Assembly (NCBI GenBank): GCA_963767925.1
Contig: CAVYGB010000002.1
Span: 672,001 to 736,000 of the forward strand
DNA length: 64,000 nucleotides
DNA from: an uncultured delta proteobacterium
Lineage (GTDB): Bacteria > Myxococcota_A > Polyangia > Fen-1088
Direction: 5' to 3'
The translations under genes were made by a program, and so were the position numbers. Under the pieces are notes generated by a model. That model saw nothing but the letters and a program-made list of their open reading frames with translations, did no database searches and was not told where the DNA came from. Shown here one piece after another: positions 39,669 to 50,387 of this stretch; the first letter of the stretch is position 1, and each line of letters opens with the position of its first letter.

Positions 39669-40453
39669 GCGCGCGTGTTGGCGACGATGAAGTCGGCCAC
39701 CGGGGCGACGTCGATCGGGCCGTGGGGATGGTGCCCGCCGCCTGGCTTGGAGATCACGGTGATGCGACCGCCGAGCGCCCGGTAGCGGGCCTCGAGGAGG
39801 GTGGTGTTCTCGGCGACCGGGACGATGTCGTCGGCGGCGCCCACGACGTGGAGGATGGGGATCTTCGCGCGGGCGATGGGGGCCAGGATGTCGATCGGGT
39901 TGCCGCGCCAGGCGAGCGCCTGCGCTTCGTCGAGCCCGAAGACCTTCTGGAACAGCGCCCAGTCCTTGGGGCTGCCCCGACCCTTGCCGCGGCCGGCGGG
40001 CCAGCTCTTGACGTCGCAGACGGGGGCGTCGCCGTAGATGAGCCCCGTCCGATCAGGGTGGCGTGCGGCCCAGCGGTAGGCGTAAAGGCCGCCGCGGCTC
40101 ACGCCCAGCAGGGCGGGTCGGGCGGCCAGGCCGTGCTGGCTGCTGAGGCGGCCGTGAAAGCTCTCCCAGCGGCGCAGGGTCTCGTCGCTGCCGAAGGTGT
40201 TGCGGCAGCTCAGGAACGCCACGTGCCAGCCCCGCTCCAGCAAGGCCGCGTCGACGCTGGTGAAGTTCCCGAAGAACTCCGCCCACCACAACCAGGGCCG
40301 CCCCGCCGCCGCCCGCCGCGGCGACACGACCACCGCCTCCCGCCCATCGTTGTCGAAGTCGTACCGGTCGAACCCCAGCCACTGCGACTTCTTCCCGGGA
40401 AGCCCGACCGCGCTGGCCAGCACGCCCCGGACCATGTCTCGCCGCGAGAGCAT
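39665..40453 (-). CDS. Alpha/beta hydrolase (Tat-like leader)
   Basis: SRRDMV leader; GVSRGG nucleophile elbow, G..D..VP, GHHPHG. Confidence 0.8.
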   Translation of the reverse strand: MLSRRDMVRGVLASAVGLPGKKSQWLGFDRYDFDNDGREAVVVSPRRAAAGRPWLWWAEFFGNFTSVDAALLERGWHVAFLSCRNTFGSDETLRRWESFHGRLSSQHGLAARPALLGVSRGGLYAYRWAARHPDRTGLIYGDAPVCDVKSWPAGRGKGRGSPKDWALFQKVFGLDEAQALAWRGNPIDILAPIARAKIPILHVVGAADDIVPVAENTTLLEARYRALGGRITVISKPGGGHHPHGPIDVAPVADFIVANTRA

Positions 40454-40617
40454 GCCGCCAGTCAAACACGTTTCCCCGCCGCGGGCGACAGCGGGTCGCC
40501 GGACCCCGGCGCGCCCCACTGCCCGTGCCCGCCCCCGCCGCCGCGGGGCGAGGACAAACAGTGGTCGGGAACCCGGGCGCTTCGGCGCGCCCGCTCTGCC
40601 CGAGCGCCACCGCGGAG

Positions 40618-41070
40618 CTATTCGAAAGACGCCCGGCCTTCGGCCAGGTCGCGGGCGTGCCGGCGGGCGCCGAAGATCAGATCCTCGGCGCCGTAGCCGG
40701 GGAAGAAGAAGATCGGGGTCCCGCCGCGCACGGTGACCTCCTTCGGGAGCATCGGACGGTCGTCCCGGAAAGACCAGGAGGGGTGACGGACGGCCTCCAC
40801 GTCGAGGCAGTGAACCCTCCGGGGCTGCTTGCCCCACCCTACCTCGAGGAAATCACCGTCCACCCAGAGTGGCTGCGTCCGGAACACGATCCGGGCGACG
40901 AACAGGAGGAACACCACGAAAGGAATCATGGCCAGCAACAAGGTCGGCTGAAACCCGCTCTCGCGGGCGATGGCCGTGCCGGCCACGACGAAGATTGTGG
41001 CCACCCCCGCGAAAAGCACCCGCATCGCCACGTGGGTCCATCCGGAATGCAATTGCCGCCGCTCAGCCAT
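40618..41070 (-). CDS. Hypothetical two-TM protein with C-terminal beta domain
   Basis: Two hydrophobic helices; start overlaps the upstream ORF stop. Confidence 0.55.
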   Translation of the reverse strand: MAERRQLHSGWTHVAMRVLFAGVATIFVVAGTAIARESGFQPTLLLAMIPFVVFLLFVARIVFRTQPLWVDGDFLEVGWGKQPRRVHCLDVEAVRHPSWSFRDDRPMLPKEVTVRGGTPIFFFPGYGAEDLIFGARRHARDLAEGRASFE

Positions 41071-41599
41071 GCAACCGCCCCCCGAGGCGGACCTGTTCGA
41101 CGAAGCCCCCCACCTCATCGGTCAGGGATAGCGCGACGCCCACCGTGCGCAGGACCCGGCGGGCGTCGGCGTCGCCACCAGGGCCGAGGCCGGCGACCAG
41201 GAACCGAAACGATTCCCTTCCGACATTGAACGAGTGTGCGGTCATGACGGTGAGGCGCCCGTCCACTTCCACCACTCGCTCCGCCGCTTCTCCGTGAGGC
41301 GAATGAAAAGTGACCATCTGGGCGCCCGGGGCTGCTCCGCGAGCGACCAGGGTAGAAGGGGAAAGAGCGTTTCCTCGCACCACGGCGAGCGCCGCAGTCA
41401 GCCGGCCTCCCCGATCGCCACCGCCGCAAACCGGTTCGAGCGAGTTGCGCTGTCGGCCAGGCAACTCCCCTGCCAGCACCCAGTCCGGCGGCAGGAGCCA
41501 CTTGTACTGAACGCGATCTACTCGGCCCTCCGTCCAGCGATAGCCGGCGTCGCCGAGCGCCATCAGCGCCGCCCCGTCAACGGTGAGGGGAAGAATCAA
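41063..41599 (-). CDS. Hypothetical protein
   Basis: ORF coupled to both neighbours (TTGA overlap); start uncertain. Confidence 0.5.
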   Translation of the reverse strand: MILPLTVDGAALMALGDAGYRWTEGRVDRVQYKWLLPPDWVLAGELPGRQRNSLEPVCGGGDRGGRLTAALAVVRGNALSPSTLVARGAAPGAQMVTFHSPHGEAAERVVEVDGRLTVMTAHSFNVGRESFRFLVAGLGPGGDADARRVLRTVGVALSLTDEVGGFVEQVRLGGRLHG

Positions 41600-42189
41600 A
41601 AGGGATCCTCCACGCAAAACCCGATTGTTAAAACCAGCGCGGAAACCCGGCCGCAGAACTCAGGCCGGTTGTCCCTGTCGAAGTCTCGCGTACCAATGGC
41701 GACCTCCGCCCCGGCGCCCAGGGACAGACCTCCGGTCACGCTGTTGCCACTATGGGTGAGGGTGCCCTCCGCCCCAACCAAGGTGGCCCCCAAGGAAACA
41801 TTTCGGCCGATACTTCCGTCCGGGTTGATGGAGCCGATGCTCGCTTTCGCGCTGAGAGCTTCCAGGGACAGGCTCTGACTTCGATCGCCGGTGTGAAGGT
41901 CCACGCGGGCAAAGATGGCCTGCGCCGTGGACTGACCGGAGCTCGTGGTGACGGACGCCGAGGCTATTTCCGAATCGACGTAGTCCAAGCCGCCACTCCG
42001 CAGGGCTAGCTCGGCGTCGATGCCGTCGGTGGTCACCTGCGCACTGGCTCGGGGTCCAGGGGCCTCGCTGGTGGATTTGGCCGCTGCCGGTTGAGGCTCG
42101 GGCGCGTCGAGCGCCGGAGGCTCGGGGTCCAGGGCGGTGGGGCAGGTGGCGGTAGAAGGATGAGATTGGAGGATTGGGCGGCTGCTCAT
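41596..42189 (-). CDS. Hypothetical Gly/Ser/Ala-rich beta-strand protein
   Basis: RBS AGGAG; Pro-rich N-terminus, then GATLVGAEG..GGLSLGAGAEVAIG strands; atypical codon usage. Confidence 0.6.
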   Translation of the reverse strand: MSSRPILQSHPSTATCPTALDPEPPALDAPEPQPAAAKSTSEAPGPRASAQVTTDGIDAELALRSGGLDYVDSEIASASVTTSSGQSTAQAIFARVDLHTGDRSQSLSLEALSAKASIGSINPDGSIGRNVSLGATLVGAEGTLTHSGNSVTGGLSLGAGAEVAIGTRDFDRDNRPEFCGRVSALVLTIGFCVEDPF

Positions 42190-42416
42190 CGCGGGCTCCT
42201 GGCCAAAGGGGGGAGGCGCTGGTCGTGGGAAAGGTACTACGCCCCTGCGCAGCGCACGATGATATTTCGTTGCACGCCAGATGGAGTCGGGGCAACAGGA
42301 GTCCTGGCTCATCCGAGCGGACGGCGACACGACAGCGGCTAGAGACCGTCGCGGCACCCGGAACGGGGGTCGGAGGGTAGCGGGGCGCTTCCGCGCGGGT
42401 GGGGGTGAGCGCGGGG

Positions 42417-43175
42417 TTAGCGAGCGGGGTCTTCCAGGCCGGCGAGGGCTTCCTGGATGGCGAGGCGGACGGTGGGGTCGGGCTCTTGCTGGAGGGCTGC
42501 GCGGAGGGGGGGACGGCCTCCTCCTGGCCGAGGTCCTTCACGGCGTCGGCGGCGACCAGGCGGACGTCGGGGCGGCCGGCGCGCAGGAGGGTCAGCGCGG
42601 TCGCGAGGGTCTCGTCGGCCCGGCGCTGGGCGAGCTCCTCGAGGACCTCGGCTTGCAGCCAGGGATCGGTCGAGGTGGCGGCGCTGCGGGCCAGGTCTGC
42701 GGCGGGGGTTCTGGACAGGTCGGGCGGTGGTGGTGGGGGATCGGCGGTGGCGGGCGGCATCTCGTCGCGCGGGTCGTCGCTGCCGGCGCGCGCGGAGGCG
42801 GCGGGCTCCAGGGGTGTTGCTTCGGTCCGATCCTGCCGGGTCTCCATCCCCGTCGTCGCGGTCCGGTCCTGCCGGGGTCGACGCGCGCCAGGTCATGCCC
42901 CTGCGCCCAGCGCGCGGCTTCGCCCCAGCGCTCGCCGGGGGGATGCGGCTCCGCGCTCCGCTGATCCGTGGCCTCCGCCATCACGAAACCCGACTGCGTC
43001 TCCATGGCGCTCTCCTCTCCCGGCCCGGAGGTGCGCAGCAGCCAACCCCCAACCGCAATTCCCGCCACCAGCGCGCCGGCCAGGCCGAATGCGGCGCACT
43101 GGAAGGTCCTGGTGGCTCCCCCGCGCGGGGTAGCCACCCAGCGTCCGGGGGTCACCTCGCGCGCGATGGCCACGC
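42417..43175 (-). pseudogene. Membrane-anchored HEAT-repeat protein, frameshifted
   Basis: TM (FGLAGALVAGIAVGGWLL), then DVRLVAADAVKDLG..EAVP; shift at G7 42506-42512 into LRAALQQEPDPTVRLAIQEAL; a second shift upstream; 5' end approximate. Confidence 0.55.
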
Positions 43176-43203
43176 CCGACCTGCCAGCCACCGCGCGCCT
43201 GGA

Positions 43204-43248
43204 CGGGCCCGAGCGAAGCGAGGGGACCCGACTACTTCGAAGACAGTC
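43204..43248. repeat. Dispersed ~45 bp repeat, copy 2 (possible MITE/IS end next to CTAG)
   Basis: CGGGCCCGAGCGAAGCGAGGGGACCCGACTACTTCGAAGACAGTC matches 9335-9380. Confidence 0.75.
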
Positions 43249-43249
43249 T

Positions 43250-43618
43250 CTAGTAGCCACCGAGCGCGGCGCGGGCGAGCTTGAAGAAGACGTCGGTGTT
43301 GCGTTGTACGCCGACGAACTGGCGGTGGATGCCCTGGATGGTGCTGAAGGCGGAGATGGGGATGTCGGCGGCGGTGTGGACGGCGTTGGTGCGGCCGATG
43401 GCCTGGCCGCGGATGAAGAAGCCGCGGCTGCGGTCGAAGACGCGGTCGACGGGCTCGGGGAAGTAGCCCCTGGCGCCGAGCTCGGTCTTGATGTCGGCGG
43501 ACAGCAGGCTGTCGGTGATCGGCAGGGGGCGGGTCAGCCAGGTCTCGTAGCGGTCGGCGTTGCCGCCGAAGCCGATGAGGAGCTTGCCGTCGAGGTCCAT
43601 GCTCTCGGGGTAGCCGTG
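43250..43618 (-). pseudogene. Alkaline phosphatase C-terminal fragment
   Basis: GYPES.D.DGKLLIG.G.N.DRYE, HTA.DIP.SA, F.GVQ.NTDVFFK. Confidence 0.7.
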
Positions 43619-43891
43619 CCACGCGGGTATGCGACGTTGCAGGACCAGCTTCGGCGCGCGCTGTTGTCGGCATACCTGGGCATCGCCGAGGCATCCAGCC
43701 GAACGGGCGCCGACAGGATCTCACGGTTCCGCACCGCCAGAGGCGAAGCGTCCGAGGCGGCAGCCGCCTTGGAGGCGGTTGCAATCCTGGGACTTGCTCC
43801 CGATACCGAGATCGAAGCGGTGATGTCTCTGCTCGACCGGCTGTGCGCGATGCTCACTCGGCTCGCCGGCATGCACCGCCACCAACCCTGA
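43613..43891 (+). pseudogene. Four-helix-bundle (23S-IVS/bAvd-like) protein lacking its N-terminus
   Basis: PRG.A.L.DQLRRA..S..L.IAE...R, RF..ARG.A.E..A.L, LLDR..AMLT.L. Confidence 0.75.
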
Positions 43892-43913
43892 TGACTGCCG
43901 CGGCTGTCGTGGT

Positions 43914-44084
43914 CGTGCTCGTGTGCGAGCCCGTGTTCGAGTTCGTGTCCGTGTGTGGTGAGCGTGTTCGGCCCGCGGGCCTCGGCTCGCGTGATTTACG
44001 CGCACCGAGAGCCGCCTGGCCGCTCAACGCTCGCCCCACACGAACTCGAACACGAACACGCGCTCGAACACGCCCACGAGCACG
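43914..44084. repeat. Long imperfect hairpin built from CTCGTG/CACGAG-like hexamers
   Basis: Left arm CGTGCTCGTG..GTGTTCGAGTTCGTGT..GAGCGT pairs with right arm ACGCTC..ACACGAACTCGAACAC..CACGAGCACG; inner CTCGG..CGCGTG/TACGCG..CCGAG stem. Confidence 0.75.
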
Positions 44085-44171
44085 CGTCCCGGCCTCGATA
44101 CCTCGTTTCGCCCATCGGCGCAAATTCTCCACAGGTTTCAGCGGCTGGCTCTAAGTCGAGGCGGGCACGGT

Positions 44172-44596
44172 TCATCGGACATCCCCTTTCCTGATGAGCT
44201 GGAGGTTCCCCGCGCCGGACGGCCGGGTCGGTCCGGTCGCGGGCTGCGGGTCGAGGGTGATCTGGAGAAAATGGGTGCGGCCCTGCTCGTCGACCTGGCG
44301 CCCGAGGGAGAGTCGGCCGACGACCTCGACGAGGCCGGGGACGTGCGGGACGCGGTGGCCGCTGGCCGAGGGGACGACGACGCGGATCGCGCTCGGCGGC
44401 AGGTCGGCGGTGCCGCCGCCCGCCTCATCGCAATGCACGGGCCGCGGCGTGAAAACGAAGCTCCGGCGGGGGGATCGTCCATCGTGGCCATGAAGCCCCG
44501 CATCCGCACGCGCGAGCCGTCGAGCGCGCGCAGACGGGCCGAAGGGGTCAACGTCGCGGTGCCGGAGGTGAGCACCTCGTGAAAGCCGAGTACCGT
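44172..44596 (-). pseudogene. DUF3299-like OB-fold protein fragment (5'-truncated, frameshift at about 44460)
   Basis: L.PS.RL.ALDG.RVR.RGFM, then F...RPV.CDE.GGGTADLPP..V.V.G.L..G. Confidence 0.55.
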
Positions 44597-45637
44597 CTGG
44601 GCAACGCCCGCCCGGGCCAGGGCAACAAGCAGATCGCGATCAAGGGCGGCCGCCGGCTGCTGTTTCGGGGCCTCGACCAGGAGGGCGGGGGGCACTTCTT
44701 CTACCTGCTGACCGACTGCGAAGACCTGACCATGGCGGGGCTGCAGCTCGAGGACGGGCGCGACGGCATCGACCTGGTCGGCGTGCGCCGGGCCGACCTG
44801 CACGACCTGCGCATCCTCGACTGCGGCGACGACACAATCGCCCTCAAGAGCGATTTTTCCACCGGCAAGCGCCTGCTGAGCGAGGACATCCGCGTGCGCG
44901 ACAGCGTCGTCGAGAGCGGCTGCAACGGCCTGCAGTTCGGATCGGAGACGGCCGGCGACTTCCGGCGGGTGCGCTTCTCGCGCATCCAGGTCCTGCGCAG
45001 CGGCAAGGCCGGCATCGGCATCCAGACCAACGACGGCGGCGTGATCGAGGACGTCGTCTTCGAGGACATCACCATCCGGCGGGCGGCCAACCCGATCTTC
45101 ATCAACACGACCCGCCGGCTGCGCACGCCCGAGCAGGTCGCGCCCGGGCGGGTCCGCAACATCGTCATCCGCAACGTGACCGCGGTCGAGGTGGTGCAGA
45201 GCCACCGGGCCGAGCCGGCCAACGCCGCCACCATCAGCGGCCTGCCCGAGTCCCCCCACGAGAACATCCTCCTCGAGAACGTGACCATCACCTACAAGGG
45301 CGGGGGCAAGCTCGAGGACGCCAGCGCGGTGCCCCCCTACCCCACCAACTACAACCCCCGCCAGCTCGGGCCCCGCCCGGCCTACGGCTTCTTCGTGCGC
45401 CACGTGCGCGGCCTGACCTTCCGGAACGTCAAGGTCTCCTTCGAGGCGCCCGATCCGCGCCCCGCCATCGCGGTGTCCGACGTGAGCACCCTGCTGCTCG
45501 ACCGGGTGACCGCGGCGCGCGCGCCCGACGCGACCTTGCCCGCCCTGCGCCTGCAGGCGGTGCGCGACCTGACGATACGCGACTCCACCCCCTGGCCGAC
45601 CCTGCAGCAGGCCTCGCTGGTCGAGGCGGGCTACTGA
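44579..45637 (+). CDS. GH28-like pectin-lyase-fold glycoside hydrolase, apparently N-terminally truncated
   Basis: RDGID, GDD.IALKSD, CNGLQFGSET.GDF, DGG.IED, PAYGFF.RHV; lacks signal peptide and N-terminal cap. Confidence 0.7.
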   Translation: MKAEYRLGNARPGQGNKQIAIKGGRRLLFRGLDQEGGGHFFYLLTDCEDLTMAGLQLEDGRDGIDLVGVRRADLHDLRILDCGDDTIALKSDFSTGKRLLSEDIRVRDSVVESGCNGLQFGSETAGDFRRVRFSRIQVLRSGKAGIGIQTNDGGVIEDVVFEDITIRRAANPIFINTTRRLRTPEQVAPGRVRNIVIRNVTAVEVVQSHRAEPANAATISGLPESPHENILLENVTITYKGGGKLEDASAVPPYPTNYNPRQLGPRPAYGFFVRHVRGLTFRNVKVSFEAPDPRPAIAVSDVSTLLLDRVTAARAPDATLPALRLQAVRDLTIRDSTPWPTLQQASLVEAGY

Positions 45638-45720
45638 GGCGTCCGGACTTGACGCGCGGGCGGCGGCGGGGGCTGATGGGGGCGGTTTTTCCGGCGGGGA
45701 ATCGCCGAGGAGGTCCGGTC

Positions 45721-47187
45721 ATGGCGTTCGCGAACCGTCTGGGATCGAAGGTGGCGCAGCTCGGGCTGGTGGCGGCGCTGGCCTGTGGCAAGCCGGTGGT
45801 CGAGCCGGCGGTGCCCGGGGCGGCGGGGACGGGACCAGGCGGCGCGATGTCACCGGGGGGCGGCGCGGGCGCGGCGCCGGGAGGGCCCAGCTTCGGGCTC
45901 CCCGATCCCGCCGACGCCGGGGCGTCCGACGGCGGGGCCGGCGCGGTGGTGCCGCCCGCGCCCGGCGAACAGTGTGCGGAGGACGTGCAGAAGGCCAACC
46001 TGGTGCCGGTGGATCTGCTGCTGCTGCTCGACGCCTCCGGCTCGATGGCCGAGAAGGTTGGCGCGCGCACCCGCTGGGAGCTGGCCCGCGACGCGCTGGC
46101 GGCGTTCGTGAAGGACGGCCGCTCGGCCGGGCTGGGCGTGGGGGTGCAGCTCTTCCCGCTGCACACCCAGACCTGTCAGGACGACGGGACCTGTTTCCTG
46201 CCCTCGCCGGGCGGCTGCCGCGTGTTCTCGGCCTGCCTGGCGCCCGGCGCGGCGCTGGCGTCGGGGCTGGCCTGCGGCGCCCCCGGCGACGACGCCTGCT
46301 TGGCCGGCACGACCTGCACGCCGCTCGGGCGCTGCAGCCTCAGCGGCGGCGACTGTGTGGCCCAGGGTCAGCCCTGCGCCAGCGGGGTGGCCGGCGACGT
46401 GTGCGGGGCGCGGCCCCGGCAGTGCCGGCTGGGACCCAGCGCGCGCGGGAGCTGCAGCGCCGCCGACTACCAGGCGCCGACCGTGCCGGTGCTGGAGCTG
46501 CCCGCGGGCGCCGACCGGGTGGTCGGCGCGATGGAGACCCGCCTGCCGATCGGGGCGACCCAGCTCGGCGTGGCGCTGCAGGGCGCGCTTTCCCACCTGC
46601 GCGCGCGCGTGCAGGCCAACCCCGGCCGCCGGGCCGTGCTGGTCATCATCAGCGACGGCCTGCCCCAGGGCTGCGTCGTCTCGAACGACGTGGCGCCCGC
46701 CCTGCTGGCCGCCCGCAACGCCGTCCCGCCGATCTCGACCTACATGGTCGGCGTGTTCGGCGACAACGAGCCGCCCGAGGTGCGGGCCACGGTCGAGCGC
46801 TTCGCCCAGGCCGGCGGCACCGGCGCCGCCATCCTGGTCACCCCGAACGATCAGCTCGCCGAGAAGTTCCTGGCCGCGCTCGACACCATCCGCGGCGCCG
46901 CCATCCCCTGCGAGCTACCGATCCCCCCACCCCGCACCGGCGCGATCGACTTCTCCCGGGTCAACGTCCGCGTCGGCTCGACGTCAGCCCCCAACGACCT
47001 CGTCTACGTCACCTCCGCCGACCGCTGCGCCACCACGCCGGACGGCTGGTACTACGACCTCCCCCCGGGCCCCGGCAGCGCCCCCACCCGCGTCCACCTC
47101 TGCCCCGCCATCTGCGCCCGCCTGAAGGCCGACCCCATGGCCACCCTGGAGCTCCGCTTCGGCTGCCGCTCCCGCACCATCGATTGA
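45721..47187 (+). CDS. vWA-domain Cys-rich lipoprotein (CglB-like)
   Basis: RBS GAGGAGG, lipobox ALAC, MIDAS DASGS..T..SDG, C-terminal GWYYD....LCP..C...FGC. Confidence 0.8.
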   Translation: MAFANRLGSKVAQLGLVAALACGKPVVEPAVPGAAGTGPGGAMSPGGGAGAAPGGPSFGLPDPADAGASDGGAGAVVPPAPGEQCAEDVQKANLVPVDLLLLLDASGSMAEKVGARTRWELARDALAAFVKDGRSAGLGVGVQLFPLHTQTCQDDGTCFLPSPGGCRVFSACLAPGAALASGLACGAPGDDACLAGTTCTPLGRCSLSGGDCVAQGQPCASGVAGDVCGARPRQCRLGPSARGSCSAADYQAPTVPVLELPAGADRVVGAMETRLPIGATQLGVALQGALSHLRARVQANPGRRAVLVIISDGLPQGCVVSNDVAPALLAARNAVPPISTYMVGVFGDNEPPEVRATVERFAQAGGTGAAILVTPNDQLAEKFLAALDTIRGAAIPCELPIPPPRTGAIDFSRVNVRVGSTSAPNDLVYVTSADRCATTPDGWYYDLPPGPGSAPTRVHLCPAICARLKADPMATLELRFGCRSRTID

Positions 47188-47214
47188 TGGGCCCGGGCCC
47201 GTCGCCACGCCGGA

Positions 47215-47392
47215 GGCCCCTGCCCCCTCCCTCTCCCCGCTGACACGGGGCGAGGGCGAACGATCACCAAGGTGCCCCCATCGTCCTCGCGGGCGGCGAT
47301 CCAGGTCGGATTCGCCCGTGATTTCCGCCCCCCTCGTTGCCCGTTCGCCCTCGCCCCGCGGAGCGGGGAGAGGGAAGGGGTGAGGGGTCTGC
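47215..47392. repeat. REPIN-like inverted pair between convergent genes
   Basis: CCCTCTCCCC...GGGGCGAGGGCGAACG and its inverse CGTTCGCCCTCGCCCC...GGGGTGAGGGGTCTGCG; same family as 2319-2489. Confidence 0.8.
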
Positions 47393-47411
47393 GGGCAAAC
47401 TGTTCGATGTT

Positions 47412-48569
47412 CTAGGGGCGGCGGGAGTGAAGGCAGCGCGACAGGACGAGGCCGAGCAGAAGGAACAGCGCGAACGGCGACCCTGAGGCCCGGCCGCCGG
47501 TCCGACAGCCGCAACCGCCGTCCGATGCGGGCGCGGTGCCAGGCATGCCCGGGCCCCCACCGCCCGCGCCAGCGGTGCCCCTGCCGCCGGCACCCCCCGA
47601 TTCCCCGCCCGCGCCAGCGACCCCTCCTCCCGCCCCACCCGACTCGCCGCCCGCGCCACCGCTACCGCCCGCGCCACCGCTACCGCCTGCGCCGCCGCTA
47701 CCACCTGCGCCGCCGCTACCACCTGCGCCGCCGCTACCACCTGCGCCGCCACCGCCAGCTCCACCACCGCCGCCTGCGCCCCCGCCGGACCCGCCGCCAC
47801 CACCCGCGCCGTCGCTGCCGGCGTCCGGGTCGCCGCCACCGGCGTCGGTGGCGGCGGGGGCCCCGCCGGAGCCGTCGGGAACACCGCCGTCGCTGGGGGG
47901 CGGGGGCGTGCCGTCGCGGAAGTGCTTGACGTTGCGCCACTCCACCTTGGCCGAGCCGGTGCGGAGCGTGCCGTAGCAGCCGTATTTGTGGTACCAGCCG
48001 TCGTTGCCGGCGTTCGTCGCCTCGCCGTCGCCGGTGGCCAGGAGCTGGCCGTTGATGTACGTGCGCACGGTGTTGGCGCCGATGTCGTGGATGACGTTGA
48101 CCTTGATCCAGGTGCCGTGGATGTTCTGGGCCAGCACGAGGGAGCCGGGCACCTTGCGGAGGGTGCCGCCGCCGTCGGCGTAGGCGCGGATCATCTGGGT
48201 GGTGGCGCCGGAGTTGCCCCCGAAGATCTGCATGACGCTCTCGTCGTTGGTGGGCGGCGAGACCCGCACCTCACCCTCGAACTGCCGGCGACCCATGAGA
48301 TAGGTGTTCTGCATGCGCCGCTCGGCGCGGTTGCTGATCGGGTCGTGCAGGGCGAAGGTCTCGATGCCGTCGAGGTTGCTGAAGCTGGCCCCCTCGTTGC
48401 GCAGCTCGGTCGAGCCGCCGGGATACGACTCGATGCCCGCCGAGCCGTCGAGCTGGATGCTCGAGGAGGGCTGATAGGCCACCCAGCCGTCCCCCACCTG
48501 GGCGCGCGCGGCGCCGGCGGCGGTGAGGACGAGCAGACCGATGACGACCAGGGCGAACGAGCGATGCAT
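47412..48569 (-). CDS. Secreted PL7/alginate-lyase-fold (citrate-binding-protein-like) protein with Gly linker and MYXO-CTERM-like tail
   Basis: Signal peptide; RAERR, QFEG, MQIFG, W...NVIHD, YHKYGCY; GGCGC plus TM C-terminus. Confidence 0.72.
   Translation of the reverse strand: MHRSFALVVIGLLVLTAAGAARAQVGDGWVAYQPSSSIQLDGSAGIESYPGGSTELRNEGASFSNLDGIETFALHDPISNRAERRMQNTYLMGRRQFEGEVRVSPPTNDESVMQIFGGNSGATTQMIRAYADGGGTLRKVPGSLVLAQNIHGTWIKVNVIHDIGANTVRTYINGQLLATGDGEATNAGNDGWYHKYGCYGTLRTGSAKVEWRNVKHFRDGTPPPPSDGGVPDGSGGAPAATDAGGGDPDAGSDGAGGGGGSGGGAGGGGGAGGGGAGGSGGAGGSGGAGGSGGAGGSGGAGGSGGAGGESGGAGGGVAGAGGESGGAGGRGTAGAGGGGPGMPGTAPASDGGCGCRTGGRASGSPFALFLLLGLVLSRCLHSRRP
47650..47752. repeat. 18-bp tandem repeat encoding a (GGAGGS)n linker
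   Basis: GCGCC(A/G)CCGCTACC(A/G)CC(C/T) repeated about 5 times. Confidence 0.85.
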
Positions 48570-48929
48570 GTCCCCTCTTGCCGGATGCCGGGCGGTTTTC
48601 TTCAGGCGAAGGTCCGGGGCCCGCGATTGACCCGCTGACCCGAGAAACCGTTTTTTGACACGACCGTACGTCCCCCGGGGGATTGATTGTCGAAAAGTTG
48701 CCCCTCGCGACCGGTTCCCGGCACTGACCACCGGAAACAGGGGGTCTGGAACCACCATGCCACGAACCGACTGAGACCAGCACCCCCCTGGCCGGCTGGA
48801 GCCACCGCCTGCAGCTCGGCATCCGCTACCGCTTCGGCGGCTGAACCCGCCCGCCCGGCGAGGCCCGCGCGCCCAACCCGGCGCCAAATCGGCAGCCGCC
48901 CGCTCCGGCGACGTCGCGCGGCCCGCCGG

Positions 48930-50387
<1,458 letters not shown>

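Noticed and set aside
42226..42245. Fifth copy of the 35-kb array core (GGAAAGGTACTACGCC)
   Set aside because: Too many mismatches to distinguish from chance
43613..43891. Diversity-generating retroelement (Avd-like gene plus DUF1566 target at 34-35 kb)
   Set aside because: No reverse transcriptase and no TR/VR pair with adenine-specific mismatches were found; the genes are 8 kb apart
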